From Peribolospora baueri (taxonomy: Eukaryota), in the NCBI GenBank assembly GCA_029717555.1, contig JAMDHS010000048.1, positions 62,001 through 126,000 of the forward strand: 64,000 nt of DNA, written 5' to 3'. Shown here piece by piece: positions 12,138 through 24,797 of the stretch. Made by a program: the position numbers and the translations under genes. The notes under the pieces were generated by a model. That model was not told the DNA's origin and did not search any database. It saw only the letters and a program-made list of their open reading frames with translations. The number at the start of each line of letters is the position of its first letter. Position 1 is the first letter of the stretch.

Positions 12138-13107
12138 GGCCGGCAACGCAACGCACCTGGACGAGGCAGACGGTAAAGGTCGAACGGTGGCAAAGGAAAG
12201 TCGGGGGCCAGTGCGCGCCCGACTGAGCGAAGGTGGTGGGAAGGCGGTGTGCAAAGAAGGTGATGGCGTGGTGAGATGCGGCGTAGTGGACGACGAGTGG
12301 GCCTCCGGATGACGTTCGATCGCCGGCCATAATCACGCGCGACAAAGCGGCCCGGCTGGCCGGTGCGGGTGCCGGTCGACGTTAGGGTTACCGACACATC
12401 AAGGCCAAAGTCGGCATTGCAGGATGGCGAGCGAGGATTGCGGCCGAATCAGGACTTTCGTCATTCGCATTCACATTCACATTCGCGGAGACGGGGAGAG
12501 GGTTGATGAGGTCAAGGAAGAAAGGCGGAGCGGGAATGAGGGTGGCACGAAGAAAGGAGAGTAATAAGAACACCGCTTTTTGAGGAAAGGAAAGGGCGAG
12601 CAAGGGGAGAAGAGAAAGCAGAGTCAAGGATGGGAAGGGTTAGTGAGCGGGGCGTGGAATGGATCGGAGTGGCGCGTGCCGTGCCGCTCGGAAAGAACGG
12701 CATCCATGACCTGTACATAAGAAAAAAAGGAGAGAGAGGAGGAAATAAAAAGGGACAGAAAGGAAAGGAAAGACGAAGAGAATACACAAGATCGCGAGAG
12801 CTGGTCTATCCGCTCCACCTTTCTCCTGCCCTTCTGACGTATCGCCGTCGTCGTCGTCGTCGTCGTCTCCGTCATCACCACACCGCCGCCGCTCCATTTT
12901 TACGGCCTGTCGGGCCACTGCTACCGGCACGGGACGCAACCCGCCACACTCCATATCGCACCGCCACGAAGAACGCCCGCTTCGGCCCGCCTCAGCTCCC
13001 AGCGAGCTATGTCATAGCACAATCCACCGCCGGCTGAAAGGAAACAAGCTCCAAGCACCGCGCCACATCGTACATGAACGTTGCACACGTGCCAGCGACT
13101 GGCGCGT

Positions 13108-14687
13108 TTAAGTGACCTTCTTGCGCTCATCGACCGACAGACCACCGGGTCCCATGTTGACGAGGAGAAGGAGACCTCCGACGATGGCTGGTGGTGTTCG
13201 ACAAAAGTGAAGAGAACGAGAAGAGAACGAGAAAAACAATGGACGGAGGAGATCGTCGGAGACCGTCCGGAGGCGCCGTGTCAGCGAATCAATAGCTAAT
13301 GTCTTCCTGGCCATTTCCGTCCCCTCTCTGCTGGGTCAATTTTACTCACAAAGCGTCTGGAAAAAGTCATAACGCAAAAAGTCGCGCGACGGGTGTGCCG
13401 TGTGGACTGTCCAGAAGTTGTTGATGAGGATCTGAGAGTATGATGTAGCGCATGAGACGGGGGGAAGAGCAAACGTGCCAAGGTCACGGGAAGCGCGGAA
13501 GATAAGGAACACGTCAGCTGTCTTGTTCCGTTCACGGTTGCCCGTGCGTGTCCCGAAGCGCGTCTGGTCTTTCGATCTCTCCATTCGAACAGCCAACTCA
13601 CGTTGAACACGCTAAGCAATAAGACGAGGAACGATGCGGACCACCTCGCCTTGAATCCGACGGCGACCATGATGCAGGCGCCGAAGCCGAGGATAGAGAC
13701 GACGACGCGGGCAAAGGACCATTCGCCTTGGAAGATAAAGCCGATGAAGAGGAAGATGAGGAGGATACGACCAGCGAGCTGGAAATAAATCTTCCTATCC
13801 GTCTCGCTCAAACTAGGCAAGCCGGCGAAAAAGTTCCTCTTCTTAACGAGGCTGTCCGAGAGGCACATGAGCAAGCCGCCGCTGACGGACAGGCTGCGGA
13901 GGAAAAAGTTGACGTCGAAGATGAGGCCATAGCCGAAACCTTGGATAATGACGACGCCCAAGAGCGCGGCGACGGAGATTTCGGGGTAGCGGCGGAGGAT
14001 GACAGCCACTGAGGCTCCGAGCATTACCTGAAAGGGACGGAAATAGGAAGTTGGACGTGAGTGACGAGGAGGAGCGAAAATCATTTCCGCGAGTATGCCG
14101 AAACGAGAATTAATGACGATACGACACTCACGATGACGTTGGCAGCCAAGAAAAGGTGGCTAAGGCCCCATGGGTAGTGGCGGTGCCTGAAGGGGAAAAG
14201 TAGAGCGAGTCAGCTACGCCGTGTCTGTGCGCGGAACCGGTAGGGTTGACCGGCTAACGACTTGGGGAAATACGCCAAGAGACAGAGAGGCGACGCACTT
14301 CTGCAGATAATACTTCTGATCCTCCCACTGGGTGACGATCCTCAAGGCGTCCTCCAAGAAGGTGACGACGATGAGGAACCTACCCAGGGCGGGCAGATGA
14401 GGCTTGATGGGCTGGGTGTAGATGTCGATGAGGTCTTCCACCTTGGAAGTGTACTCGCGCAGCTGCTGAAGCATCTCGCTATTCTCGCCGATCTGCGTGC
14501 CCGCGATGCCTTGCCCGCTGGCGAACATTTGCGCTCCGCCGCCGCCGCCGCTGCCGCCGCTGCTGTAGCCGCCGAAGGACGGACCGGCGGGCCCACTGTA
14601 GGGGCCCGCGGCGGGAGCGGTGGAACCCGGGGGAACGGGCCCGAAGCGCTGCTGGGGGCCAGGTTGGGGGCCGTAGCCGTAGGACAT
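13108..14687 (-). CDS. ERV29: ER cargo receptor SURF4/Erv29, multi-exon
   Basis: GRFLIVVTFLEDALRI, RDFLRYDFFQTL|SIVGGLLLLVNMGPGGLSVDERKKVT, ending in a KKxx ER-retrieval signal. Confidence 0.93.
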
Positions 14688-15291
14688 GGTGAGGAGAGGA
14701 GCCGTGGGGCGGATGGGTGCGTGTGGTTAGAGAAGCGAGACAGAGAGCAGGGGCCGTCGAGTCGCAGAGCTGGACGAGCTGCCCGCGAGGGAAAGAGGAA
14801 GAGGGGTAAAGAGAAGGAGAGGGCGAGAATGAGAGAGCTGTTCTATCTTTACCCCATCCCATCCTGCCTTATCGTCCTGTCGGGCTGGGACGTGGCTCAC
14901 CCGGTTATGTATCTGCTAGGGTTGCGAGGTCGCACGACGCAGAGACGAAAGCGATCGCGCGAAGCAGAAGCGGTGGGAGGGGATGAGAGAGAAGGCGGTG
15001 GTGCCTGGATGGGCGTACGATTGCGTACGAGGTCGGTTGCGATGGGGTTAAGGAGTGGAGCGAGATGGAAGAAGAGAAGAAGGAATGATGACGAACAGCC
15101 AGCGCGGCGAAGCCGGCCTAGCCAGGAGTCGACACGGAGCGCGTGCCGGCCGGCGGAGGCAGAGGAGCGCCCAGATGCCGCAGCAAGCAAGTCCTCCTCG
15201 ACCCTTCCAGCAGATAGAGGAGCCTTTCCGGACAGCCGAGTCGAGTCGGCGCGGGAGGTCAATCGCACTGGGCGCTCATGTTCTTGGCCTG

Positions 15292-15324
15292 CGACTGCGA
15301 CGCTTGACTGCGACGCTTGACTGC
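15292..15324. repeat. 13-bp tandem repeat (GACTGCGACGCTT x ~2.5) directly before the BMT2 start codon
   Basis: Read directly: gactgcgacgctt gactgcgacgctt gactgc a ATG. Confidence 0.8.
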
Positions 15325-15325
15325 A

Positions 15326-16878
15326 ATGGCGACTCGCAACCGAAAACGAAAGCTGCCTATCACTTCCGCTCCCTCTCGTCCCCCGACCAAGAACTCCGCA
15401 GCCGGCCAGGGCACCAAGTCCAAGGCGACGAGGGCCCTCATCCGACGGTTTCACGTCCTCCTCAAGCGCAGAGAACAGCTTAGGGCGGCGCTCAGCTTGC
15501 CCCCCGATCCTGGCCTTTCGCGCCTTGGAAGCTCGGGCGACTCGGACAGTCATGACGCCGCATCTTCGTCTTCCTCATCTTCCTCTTCCACCGCCGCTCT
15601 CCGCCGTGCCACCAATGCCAACTTTCATCCTCGCCCCCACGCGCACGACGAGCTGTCCGCGGTCGAAGGAGAGCTGCTCTCCCTCGGCGGGCTCGAATTC
15701 TATCAGCGCGCCTCGGCTCTGGGACAGAGCAAAGAGAGAGGTGGAGACAGTAGTGCAGTATTAAGTTTTTGGCTCGAGGAGCTTGGGTTGTGTGGCGGGA
15801 GAAGGGCGCAAGGCAAGGTGAAGGGCAAGGGCGAAGGCAAGGGCAGAGGCGGCGACGCTGGTGGCGATGCTCCTCGCTCTGCCCTCCTTCTCGACGTCGA
15901 CTCGGACAAAAGCGGCACGCAGACGTCCGCCACTTCTCCGACGACCGGCCCGGGCACCCGCAAGCTGCGTCTGCTCGATGTGGGCGCCCTCTCGCCCTTC
16001 AACTACGCCAGACAACAGTCTTGGATCGATGCCATACCGATAGACTTGCGGGCACGCGTGCCAGGCATCTTGGAGCAGGATTTCATGCAGAGGCCTGTCG
16101 CTGTTCGTGGTGTTGGCGGGGACACGGGGATGGGACGCTGGAAAGGAAAGGAGGCGGAGAAGGAGAAAGGGGACACGAGCACGACGAGCTTCAAACCTTT
16201 TCCGGAGACGGAAGAAGGCCGGCCGACGAAGCGGGCTAAGCTGTCCACCGCAGAGCAACGTGGAGGTGAACGGCAAGGAAGCAAAGAGGAACAACGACGG
16301 CAAGGATGGCCCGACCTCGAAGACGGCTTCTTTGACGTCATCAGCCTCAGTCTTGTGCTCAACTTTGTGCCCGATCCTGGGGCTAGAGGTGAGCTTGACC
16401 GCCGTGCGTGGCGCTTCTGATTTGGTCAAAGTTGACTTGTAAAACCATTCTCTCTTTCTCATCCCTTGGTCCCTCTCCTCTGGCCCAAGGCGCGATGCTC
16501 AGCCGCACCCTCTCCTTCCTGCACCCCTCTCACTCTCCCTATGGCGGCCTTCTCTTCATCGTGCTCCCCACGCCCTGCCTCGCCAACTCTCGTTACCTCA
16601 CGTTCGCCTCGTTTGTCTCCCTCCTTCGAGCGGTGGGGTATGAGAGACTGTTAAGGGAGAAGAGGACCGAGAGGGTGTCTTATTTGCTTTTCGGCAGGAA
16701 GGCCGTCGAGACGCCGGATGATGGGGAAGCGGAAGCGGGGGCCGAAGACGGGGAGGAGGGGACAAGCGATGATGAGGTGGACAGAGAGCGGTGGGTGACG
16801 AAAAAGGAGATCAACCCGGGCAAGGGAAGGAATAACTTCTGCGTCCTGTTCGATCCCGCCTCCACGCCGAGGCGGTAG
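15326..16878 (+). CDS. BMT2: 25S rRNA adenine-N1 methyltransferase Bmt2-like
   Basis: IRRFHVLLK, LGGLEFYQRAS..GQSKERGGDSS, LLDVGAL, ILEQDF, FDVISLSLVLNFVPDP..RG and terminal NPGKGRNNFC. One intron after about 16388. Confidence 0.88.
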
Positions 16879-17241
16879 GCCGTTTCAATCGTCCATCTCT
16901 TTCATCCGCTGTCCTCCTGAGGGATGCCAAAGTCAGAGCGGGGGCACGTCTCGTCTATCTGACTGTATCGTCTCGCCTGCTTCTAAAACACACGTATGGC
17001 ATTGAAACGAAGACCCAAAAAGCAGTCGTGTCGCGAAATGTCGTCGTCGGGCGCTGCAGCGGAGAAAAACAAGCGCGGCCGTTGCCTCAGACGCTTAGTC
17101 ATCGACGTCACATGTCACCGCCCCCTTTCGAGTCGTTATCTCACTCGCATCGTCGGTCATCTCGTCCATTCGATCTCGCACGTCACTGTTCCCGGAATCC
17201 TCTGATCATCATCATCAGAGCAGTCCTCGCGCAGCGCTACC

Positions 17242-19356
17242 ATGCCCCGCTCGCTCCGACTCGAGCTCGTGCCTGGGAGGAGTCTCGGACCGTTCGAGCT
17301 GGGTAAGCCTTCCCTCAACCGTCGCCGTCTCGGCCCAGCTGTAGCGTAGCGCTGACCGGCGCGATATGGCCTCGCGTGTCTCAGGCGCATCGTTGTGGAG
17401 CACGATAGACTACCTGCGAGCGAAGAAGGACAGCTTTCCCAAGATCGACATTCGCTTTGATCCTGAGGTACGGGCCCGCGCTTGCGCATCCTAACCCAGC
17501 GAGCCTCGAAAACTGAGCGAGTCATCCCATGTTGTTCTCGTATAGAACCCCATTCTCGCACCCGTGTACATTCACGTGCCCCCGTTTCTTACTCTCGTAT
17601 TCTCCGGCCCGGCTCAACTCCTCGTTCTCATCAGTCTATCGCACCTCGCGCCATCTCCGTCATTTCAACTTTCCGAAGGCGCCGAGCCGGCGACGACACT
17701 GACGCTCACGCACGGAAACTCGCCGCTGTATTCCTCGGTGGAGGCGTACCAACAAGCGGCGGCTAGGGCGGGGAAGAAGACGGGCGGAGAGGAGGGCGTC
17801 CATTTGGAGGGCGCGCTGTGCAGGGAGGTTGTCCACCGAAGGTTCGGGCCGACCTACGCTGGGAAGACGATCGACTTGGAGGACGGGCAGAGGGAGTTTG
17901 TGCTAGGTTATCCCGGCGTGGCTTTCGCGTTCTCCCTAGACGGAGGATCGACGCAAGGTGAGAAAATCGCACAGCCCGTCTCATGGCCGACTGCTCACCA
18001 CCGATCACCCATCTCGCTAACGCCGTAACCCTGTGCGCTCAGAAGACAAGCACCTTCTCGTCTCTCGCATGCTTTTATTTGTGGGCGAGGACTGGAAAGT
18101 GCCTCATCTGGACGGGGCTTTTCTGGAGGAGACTGTAACTTCTCGGTTGGCGCACAGTAAAGCGGACGGTCCTGCTGGAGGTAGATCGGCGGGAGGGCAA
18201 AGTGTACGAGGCAGGCTGGAGAAGGCGGTCGTGATCGTGGGTGCATTCCTGTGGTCTGAGCCGCTGTCCGACTCATAAACGCTGAAATTGTTTTCATTTT
18301 TTCTGCGTACGGCTGTCTTCATCCACAGCCCCATGACTCGGTGGTGCTAGACTTTGCATCATCGTCAACGCACGAGTCGCCTGACAGGATCGCTATCCAC
18401 CTTGGACACACAACCTCGGAAGACTTACTTTGCGAGCTCGGGCCACCCTTGCGCATCCACTTCAAAGAGGACAATCGACTGGAGATCCATGGCGCTGTGG
18501 CCGATGAGGAGGAAGGAAGGAAGACCGGTGAGGGGGGTCTGCCTTGCACGTGTACAACCTTGCCAGAGAGCTCACCCGCACGCTTTCGTGGGCATGACGG
18601 TAAAGCGACGAGCGATTACTTCTACAACTACTTCGACCTTGGAATCGACTTTTGCATGTCTGGAGCGACGCACAAGGTCGTCAAAGTAGTGTTGCACACC
18701 AACGTCGTCAGTTCACTAAGGCGACCGGCTCTTGTTCTCCTTCACCCCGTACTGGTCCTTCGCGCTCACCAGTCCCACTTCTCCACTGTTTCACAGCCCG
18801 GTTCGGCCCTTTTTCAGCGCTACGCACGGTGTCCGTGGGAGATCCGTTCTTCGTCGGCCGCCAAGGCGTCGGCCGCCAAGGCATCGGCCGCCGGTTTGGC
18901 GACATCTCCCGACGAGACATCGAGCAGTTCTCCCTTGCCACCGCCAGCTGGGAGGTCCAAGGCTGAAAAGTCAAGACGAAGAGGTGGGGGCGGGACTGGC
19001 GGGAGCCAAGGTCAAGATCCGCAGGCTGTTGCGAAATTCACAGACAAAGTACGTAGCTTTGGCAAGGGGACGTCCGTTAACGTAACGCGTTCGATCAGGG
19101 TCACATGGCTTGCTAATCAGTCTCTTCGCTGCTTCGCTTCGCTTCGCTTCGCTTCGCGCCACAGTTGCTCGACATCATCCCCAAGCTTTCCACACAGCTC
19201 TCGGCAGAGTCCGCACGCGCTTCGACGATGGAACTTGACCGAGGCGCCGACATGATGGGGCTCACGCTCGCGGTGGACACCAAGCTCGTTGGCCTGGACG
19301 GGCTCGTTTTGGAGGTCGATAAGCGCGGATGGGTCGTTGGCGTGTGCGCTGTTTGA
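17242..19356 (+). CDS. UPF0183/PHAF1-family protein, multi-exon
   Basis: LELVPGRSLGPFELG, VHRRFGPTY, LGYPGVAF, TTSEDLLCELGPP...KEDNRLEIH, YFYNYFDLGIDF, KVVLHTNV|PGS..FQRYARCPW. Confidence 0.85.
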
Positions 19357-20577
19357 GGCGACGGTTTAATGTGTCGGAACGAGCAGCCGAGCCCCGCCCG
19401 CTGTCGGCCTGCTCGGAGCAGGCGACGAGGACTTGGATCGTTGGAGCGAGTTGCCCGTGACGCCTTGAGACGGCGTGGGATGACTATGTGGATAGGGCTA
19501 TTCGTCTCCGGCCTAGATGATTGTCCCTGTCGTCGCCGTCGCCGTCGTTGTCGCCGTCTCCGTCGGGAACGTGCGTGCAGGCTATAGTGGGCCAGTGGGA
19601 GCTCGCCCTCTCCGCGATCCGACGAGTCATTCCATAGAAATGAAGTGCACGCCCAGAGCAAGGGGCACGAATGCGCACACAGATCACGAACCATAAGTCC
19701 TCGCCAACGTGTTAGGAATTAGGGGAGGGGGGTTCGCGGAGGAAGAAAGCGCGGCCGCGAGTGAATCCATCTCCGCCTCGGAATCGAGCCATTTAAGAAA
19801 TGCATTCGTATCCGACCGCGACGGGGCATTCGGACAAACAGAGAGGTGGGGACTGGCTGAAGCGAGAAGGCGGAACCGACGTCTGCCGCCACACGCCCAC
19901 TCACCCACCTATCTACCCACCTGGCAGTCAGAAGGGGAGGGCAGGGAAGTGGGTGGGTTGGGGGGGGGGGCCAAAATCGATTCGATTCGAAACGGCTGGG
20001 CTATATATATAAAGGCCAGCGCGCGCGGGGCGATGCGGCGCGACGCCGCGGAGGTAAACGACAACGTTCCGAGAAGGAGGGGAAGGCGGGAAGGGCGGCG
20101 AGAAGCGTCGAGCTCCTGGCGGTCGTGACTAGGATACAATACGTCTATCTACAACCCGTGGTCCCCGGTCGGGGAGGAAGACGAAAAAAAAAAAAAAAAA
20201 GGGAGAGAGAGAGAGAGAGAGAGGTAAAGGGGACCGGTCCGATGAAACAGCGACTTTCTATCGTACACCGCCCAATCTGGCTAACCATCTACGGGCAGAC
20301 AAGACGTTGAGAGCGGGCTGGGGTGGTTTTAAAAGCGGTTGGCGAGGAGAAAGACGAGTGATTCCGGTGAATGGGATGCAAAGCCTGGTGATGGATGGGG
20401 AAGAGAGCCAAGGAGCGTGTAGTCGTGAATGAAACGAAGGGAGAGGCGTTGCTAGCAAAACCTGGCTGACGGTGACGAAGGGAGGCCGACCAAAAACGTG
20501 GGATGGAGGAGCAGAAAGAGTCGAGAGGGTCGGAAAGGCCAACAAGGGACGAGGAGCGCACGCGGGCAAAGTCAACA

Positions 20578-23500
20578 TCAAGGAGAAGAAGAGCCCGGCG
20601 TGACCGACGATCCCTTTTGTTCGTTCTCGCCGCGAAGCACGTCGAGCTCGGCGGTCAGTTCTGCGCGTTTGGCCCTCAGCGCACCGAGGGCGATGCTTGC
20701 CAGCTCGTTTCCCTGCGAGACGCGGTACTGGGAGAGGTGTCGGAAGGCGGAGGTGGGGGAATTCAGCGTACGAGCTGCCAGGCCGGGGTTGGGGCTGGTG
20801 GCGGCCGCAGAGGTGGATGGGAGGGCAGGAGGTGTGTTCACGGCGGTCGTATCTGACGCACCCGAAGTCCGAGGGTGCCCGTCATCTTGCAAAGAGATGA
20901 TGGCCGCTGGCGGCCCCAGCCCCGGCACCGAGGCCAAAAGACGGTCTCCGTGTGGCATTTGCAAGTTCGGAGGCGAGGACTCGGATCTGGATCGATAAGG
21001 GCCGTCGGTCTGCTGATGCTGCTGGCGCTGCCATGTCTCCGCAATGTCCTGCGAGGACAAGCCGGTGGCAAGCTGTAGAAGAAGGCCGTCGATCTCTCCC
21101 ACCGTCGTCGTCCCCACCGGTGCTACGAATCCTTGGAGCTCGGAAGCGAGGTCGGAAGCGTCGACGGGCGTCGCCTTGTCGGTCGACGACGGCAGAGGCG
21201 GCATGGCCGCCAAACGGGCCTCCTCGGCGACCGCCGCTTCCAGGTCGGCGACCAGCTGCAGCGATTGTCGTTTCACCTGAGCCTCCTTGACCTTTGCGCG
21301 AGCCTGCTCGATCGCGCTACCGACCGCGTTCGCGTTGGACGACGACGGCGCTCCGGCTCTCCTGTTCCCGCCCTCGAGCTCGGCGACGCGGAGCTCGGCC
21401 TCGATGAGGCTCTTGGCGAGGCGCTCGTTCGCCTTCCTCGCCGCGTCACGCTCCGATTCGGCCTTTTTTATCTTCTCCGCGCTCTTGAGCAGGGACGCGT
21501 TGAGCTTGGTGAGCGCGAGGAAGAGGGACGCTTGGGCGTGCGAGTTCCTGAGCGCCTTGAGCTGCCAGATCTGATCATGGAGCGTGTACAGTCGCGAGCC
21601 AAGCTCGTCAGCTGCGGTCAACGCGGAGACGAGGCTGGAGGAGGAGACCCGGTTGGCGCTCTCCGGCTCGGCCTCGTGGAAGGCGTTGAGGATGGCGACG
21701 AGCTAGGTGGGACGAAGCGCGACCGACGGTTATTAGTCCATGCAGGAACGAAGGAACGGACGAGATGATGCGGCTCGACTGACCATCTGATTTCGCTTGC
21801 CGATCTCGGTCCTCATCTCGTCAAGCGTCTTGTTCCTCTGCTCCCTCAAACCCCTCAGATGCGCCCCGAGGCTCTCGACATCGTCCGTCCGGAGCAGCTT
21901 GATCGTCCCCGTGCCGGCTCCAGCGCCACAGTCGCGGATGGCCGTCGAGACAATGTTCTTGAGCTCGGATGAAGAAAGCTGTGCGCGCGCCTCGGTGAGC
22001 GAGTGGCCGCGGAAAAGGACGGGGGTGCGCTCGAACGTGGGTTGACTGTCGATGGTGTTAGGTTGCTTCTGTGACTTTGCCGACGACGATGATGACCTCG
22101 AGCGAGATTCCCTAGCGACGACGTCCGCGGCGGAGAGAGGAGAGGAAGACGATCAAGTCAGACCCCGCCGTCTTCAGTGACATGCCAGAGCCGGCGCACG
22201 TCACCGTCACTCACCTCATCGACGGCTCATCCTCGGCCTTGGAAGAAATGGTGGGCAGTTTGGGTTCCTGCTCCTTCGGAACCAACCTCGTCCTCGTCCT
22301 CGACGTCGGCGTCTTGCCAGCGTTCCCTTGCGCGTGAACAGGGTTGACAGCGACTGGCGCTGCTGCTGCCGAAGGGGCGCCCGCGCCGGCGCCGGTGCGA
22401 ACATCCGATTCGGAACTATGGCGAGACAATCCCCTCCTCCTCAGCGGTTGAGATGGGCCGACGGCGAGGGCGCTCTCGCTGTCGCTGCGCGTCCTCGTCA
22501 GCGGACCGCCGCCGCCGCGGCCAGGGTTGGGGCTGCTGGCGCCTCTGTTGGCGGCGAGGTATACGCTGGCGCGCACATCGGGACGGGGCGGGTAGATGGG
22601 CGGTGAAGGTAACACGTCGGGCTGCCGAGTCGCTGCGGCCGACGGAGAGACCTTTGTCCTCGGTGGGGAGGCGGCCGCCGCCGTCACAAGTGAGGAGGGC
22701 ACGGAAGTGTTGGAGCGCTTGGACTGATGAGATGGTTTGGCGCTGACGCCAACGCCGACGCCGACACCGTCCTTCCTCGCTCGTCCCGCCCGCGAGGGTA
22801 AGGGCGAGGGCATGCTGGGGTCCTCCTCGCCATCTTGGGACACGTCGAGGGGTAGGCGAGAAAAGAGGTCTCCGTGTGTTTCGGAAGCCGATCGAGGCGG
22901 AAAGGAGGAGTAAGAGCGGAGGACGGGGGAACGGTGGCCACCGCCACCACCGTCGACGCTTGCAAGAGGAGATGGAGATGGAAACAGAGACAGAGAAATA
23001 AAGTGGTCCTGGCGCATGTGCTGACCTCGGCTGACCTTTGTCCCGCTGTTCCACGCGGCCACTTTCTGCTTCACGCTGACGGGAAAAGGCGAGACAGCGT
23101 CGCCGTCACCGTCGCCTTCGGAGACAAGCTGGATGGGGCCCTTTGGATTGCCGCCAAAATGGAGTGGCACCTGGATCGGCGCTGGCCGCCTGGCGCGAGC
23201 GAGAGCCGAGCTGGGGTGGGGTTCGGCCGAGGCGAGCGTGGCCTGCGCCGGCGCGGGCGAGGCAGGCAAGCAGAAAATGGAGAAAGAAGAGGAGAACAAG
23301 GAGGAAATGGGATGAGCGGCGACGGCACGCGGAAGAACGAAGAAAGGGCAAGAAAAGGGACCGGGGGATGCCTTTGCCCACCTCGCTCGACTCGGAAGAC
23401 GTCCTGGCCGAGTCAATGTGAAAGTCGTCGTCACCGTGGGCGCCAAGCCTGCGCAGTCCGGCTGTATGAATCTCCTCGACCTTGTCGGGAATCGGAGGAG

Positions 23501-24797
23501 GGTAGGGGCAGGACCACAGTTGGAGTGCCAGCTTGGAAGGCTCGGTATGGTCGAGCGAGCCCGGGGCGGAGCGCGGGGAACGGGACATGGCAACGCTGAT
23601 GGGCGCGAAGGGGTTGTGGGCATCGATGTCGACGTCGACGTCGGCGTTGGGACGCCTGCGCGCGTCGTCCGGCCCGCTGTCCTCGTCGGCCAAGGAAGAA
23701 GGGGCGTGGAGGAAAGAGGAGGCCCTGGAGGGAGAAAAGCGGGCGGTCGGAAGGAGTTGGCTCCACTTGCGTTCATCGTCCGACCCTCCTGTGACGAGGC
23801 CAAAAGCGGCCATCAGCCCGGGCGAGGGCGAGCGGACGTTGGGCGTGCGGAGACCAGGAGGCGGATCACCGTTGCCGTCGCTGTAGCCCTTGTCCTTGCG
23901 CTCGTCCTTGAGCGGGAGACTCGGAAGTGCGCGGTCCCTGAGCTGCGCGGTGAGCGGCGCTCTCGTGTACCCCGCTTCGGCTGTCCTCTTTTCGACCACG
24001 GGAGACACCGACCCGGCCGGCGGCGACACGGGGATGACGTCGCCGACGGTCGAAGCTCGGGTGCGGTTGGCGACGAGCGGGCGGGCGACCCAACCGGGAT
24101 TAGTTTCGCCGCGGCGCCTGGCATTGTCGACGGCCGCGCGGGCGTCCTCGTCGACGCTGGCGCTGCGCTTGCGGTGGCCGGTGGCGCTGGCGATGCGGAG
24201 GAGCTGTCCGGCGCGCGTGCTCATCTCCCTCGCCGCTCGGCCGGGTTTGTACGACGTCGGCGGGCTGCTGCTCATGGACTGAGATGGGGCCGGGGGCGGG
24301 GGCGGAGGCGACGGCGGCGTGGAAGGCGAGGGAACGGGACGGTGAGGGGTGAAGAGGTGGAGCGGGGAGACGTACCCGCCGTCGTTGCCGCTCATCGACC
24401 TTTGCCGGTGCGCGTAGCGGTCTGAGCTCTGCCACCCGGGGCCGTCGCGGCGTCGGTCGGGGAGTTGGGGGCCGAAGGCGGGGTCGGGCAGGACAGACCC
24501 AAGTCCCCGACCGACGCCGGGATCGGGGAGGACAGAGGCCGAGTCGTTGCGGCTGGCATCGTTGGAGATGACGACGGTGATGGAGGCGCCGTCGGGCACG
24601 AGCTCGGGCGAGACGAACGAGTCCGGCGATGAGGGCGGCCGCCTGAGGTCGCGGTCCCTTCCCGACAGCTTGCGGCCGTGGGAGCGGAAAAAGCCTGGGC
24701 CGGTTATGAAGTCAAGTCGGCTCGAGATGTCAGCGGTCGAGCAGAGACGTGCCTCACAAGCGCTCTAGACGAAAGGCTCACCGGTCAAGGTGGACAT
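20578..24797 (-). CDS. Uncharacterised multi-exon protein with a Pro/Ser-rich N-terminus and a C-terminal coiled coil
   Basis: Short first exon MSTLT| splices in frame to ORF 23106..24599, then to 22211..23803 and 20578..21621. TATA-like sequence near 25080. Confidence 0.65.

Noticed and set aside
12381..12390. GTTAGGGTTA (TAACCCTAAC on the minus strand) as a telomerase RNA template
   Set aside because: Only about 250 nt upstream of the PXA1 ATG, with no supporting structure seen. More likely a promoter telo-box or chance.
19620..19650. Resemblance to the U3 snoRNA 5' region (TCATTTCTATGGAAT, minus strand)
   Set aside because: Box A (GGATCA) and boxes B, C and D were not found in order.
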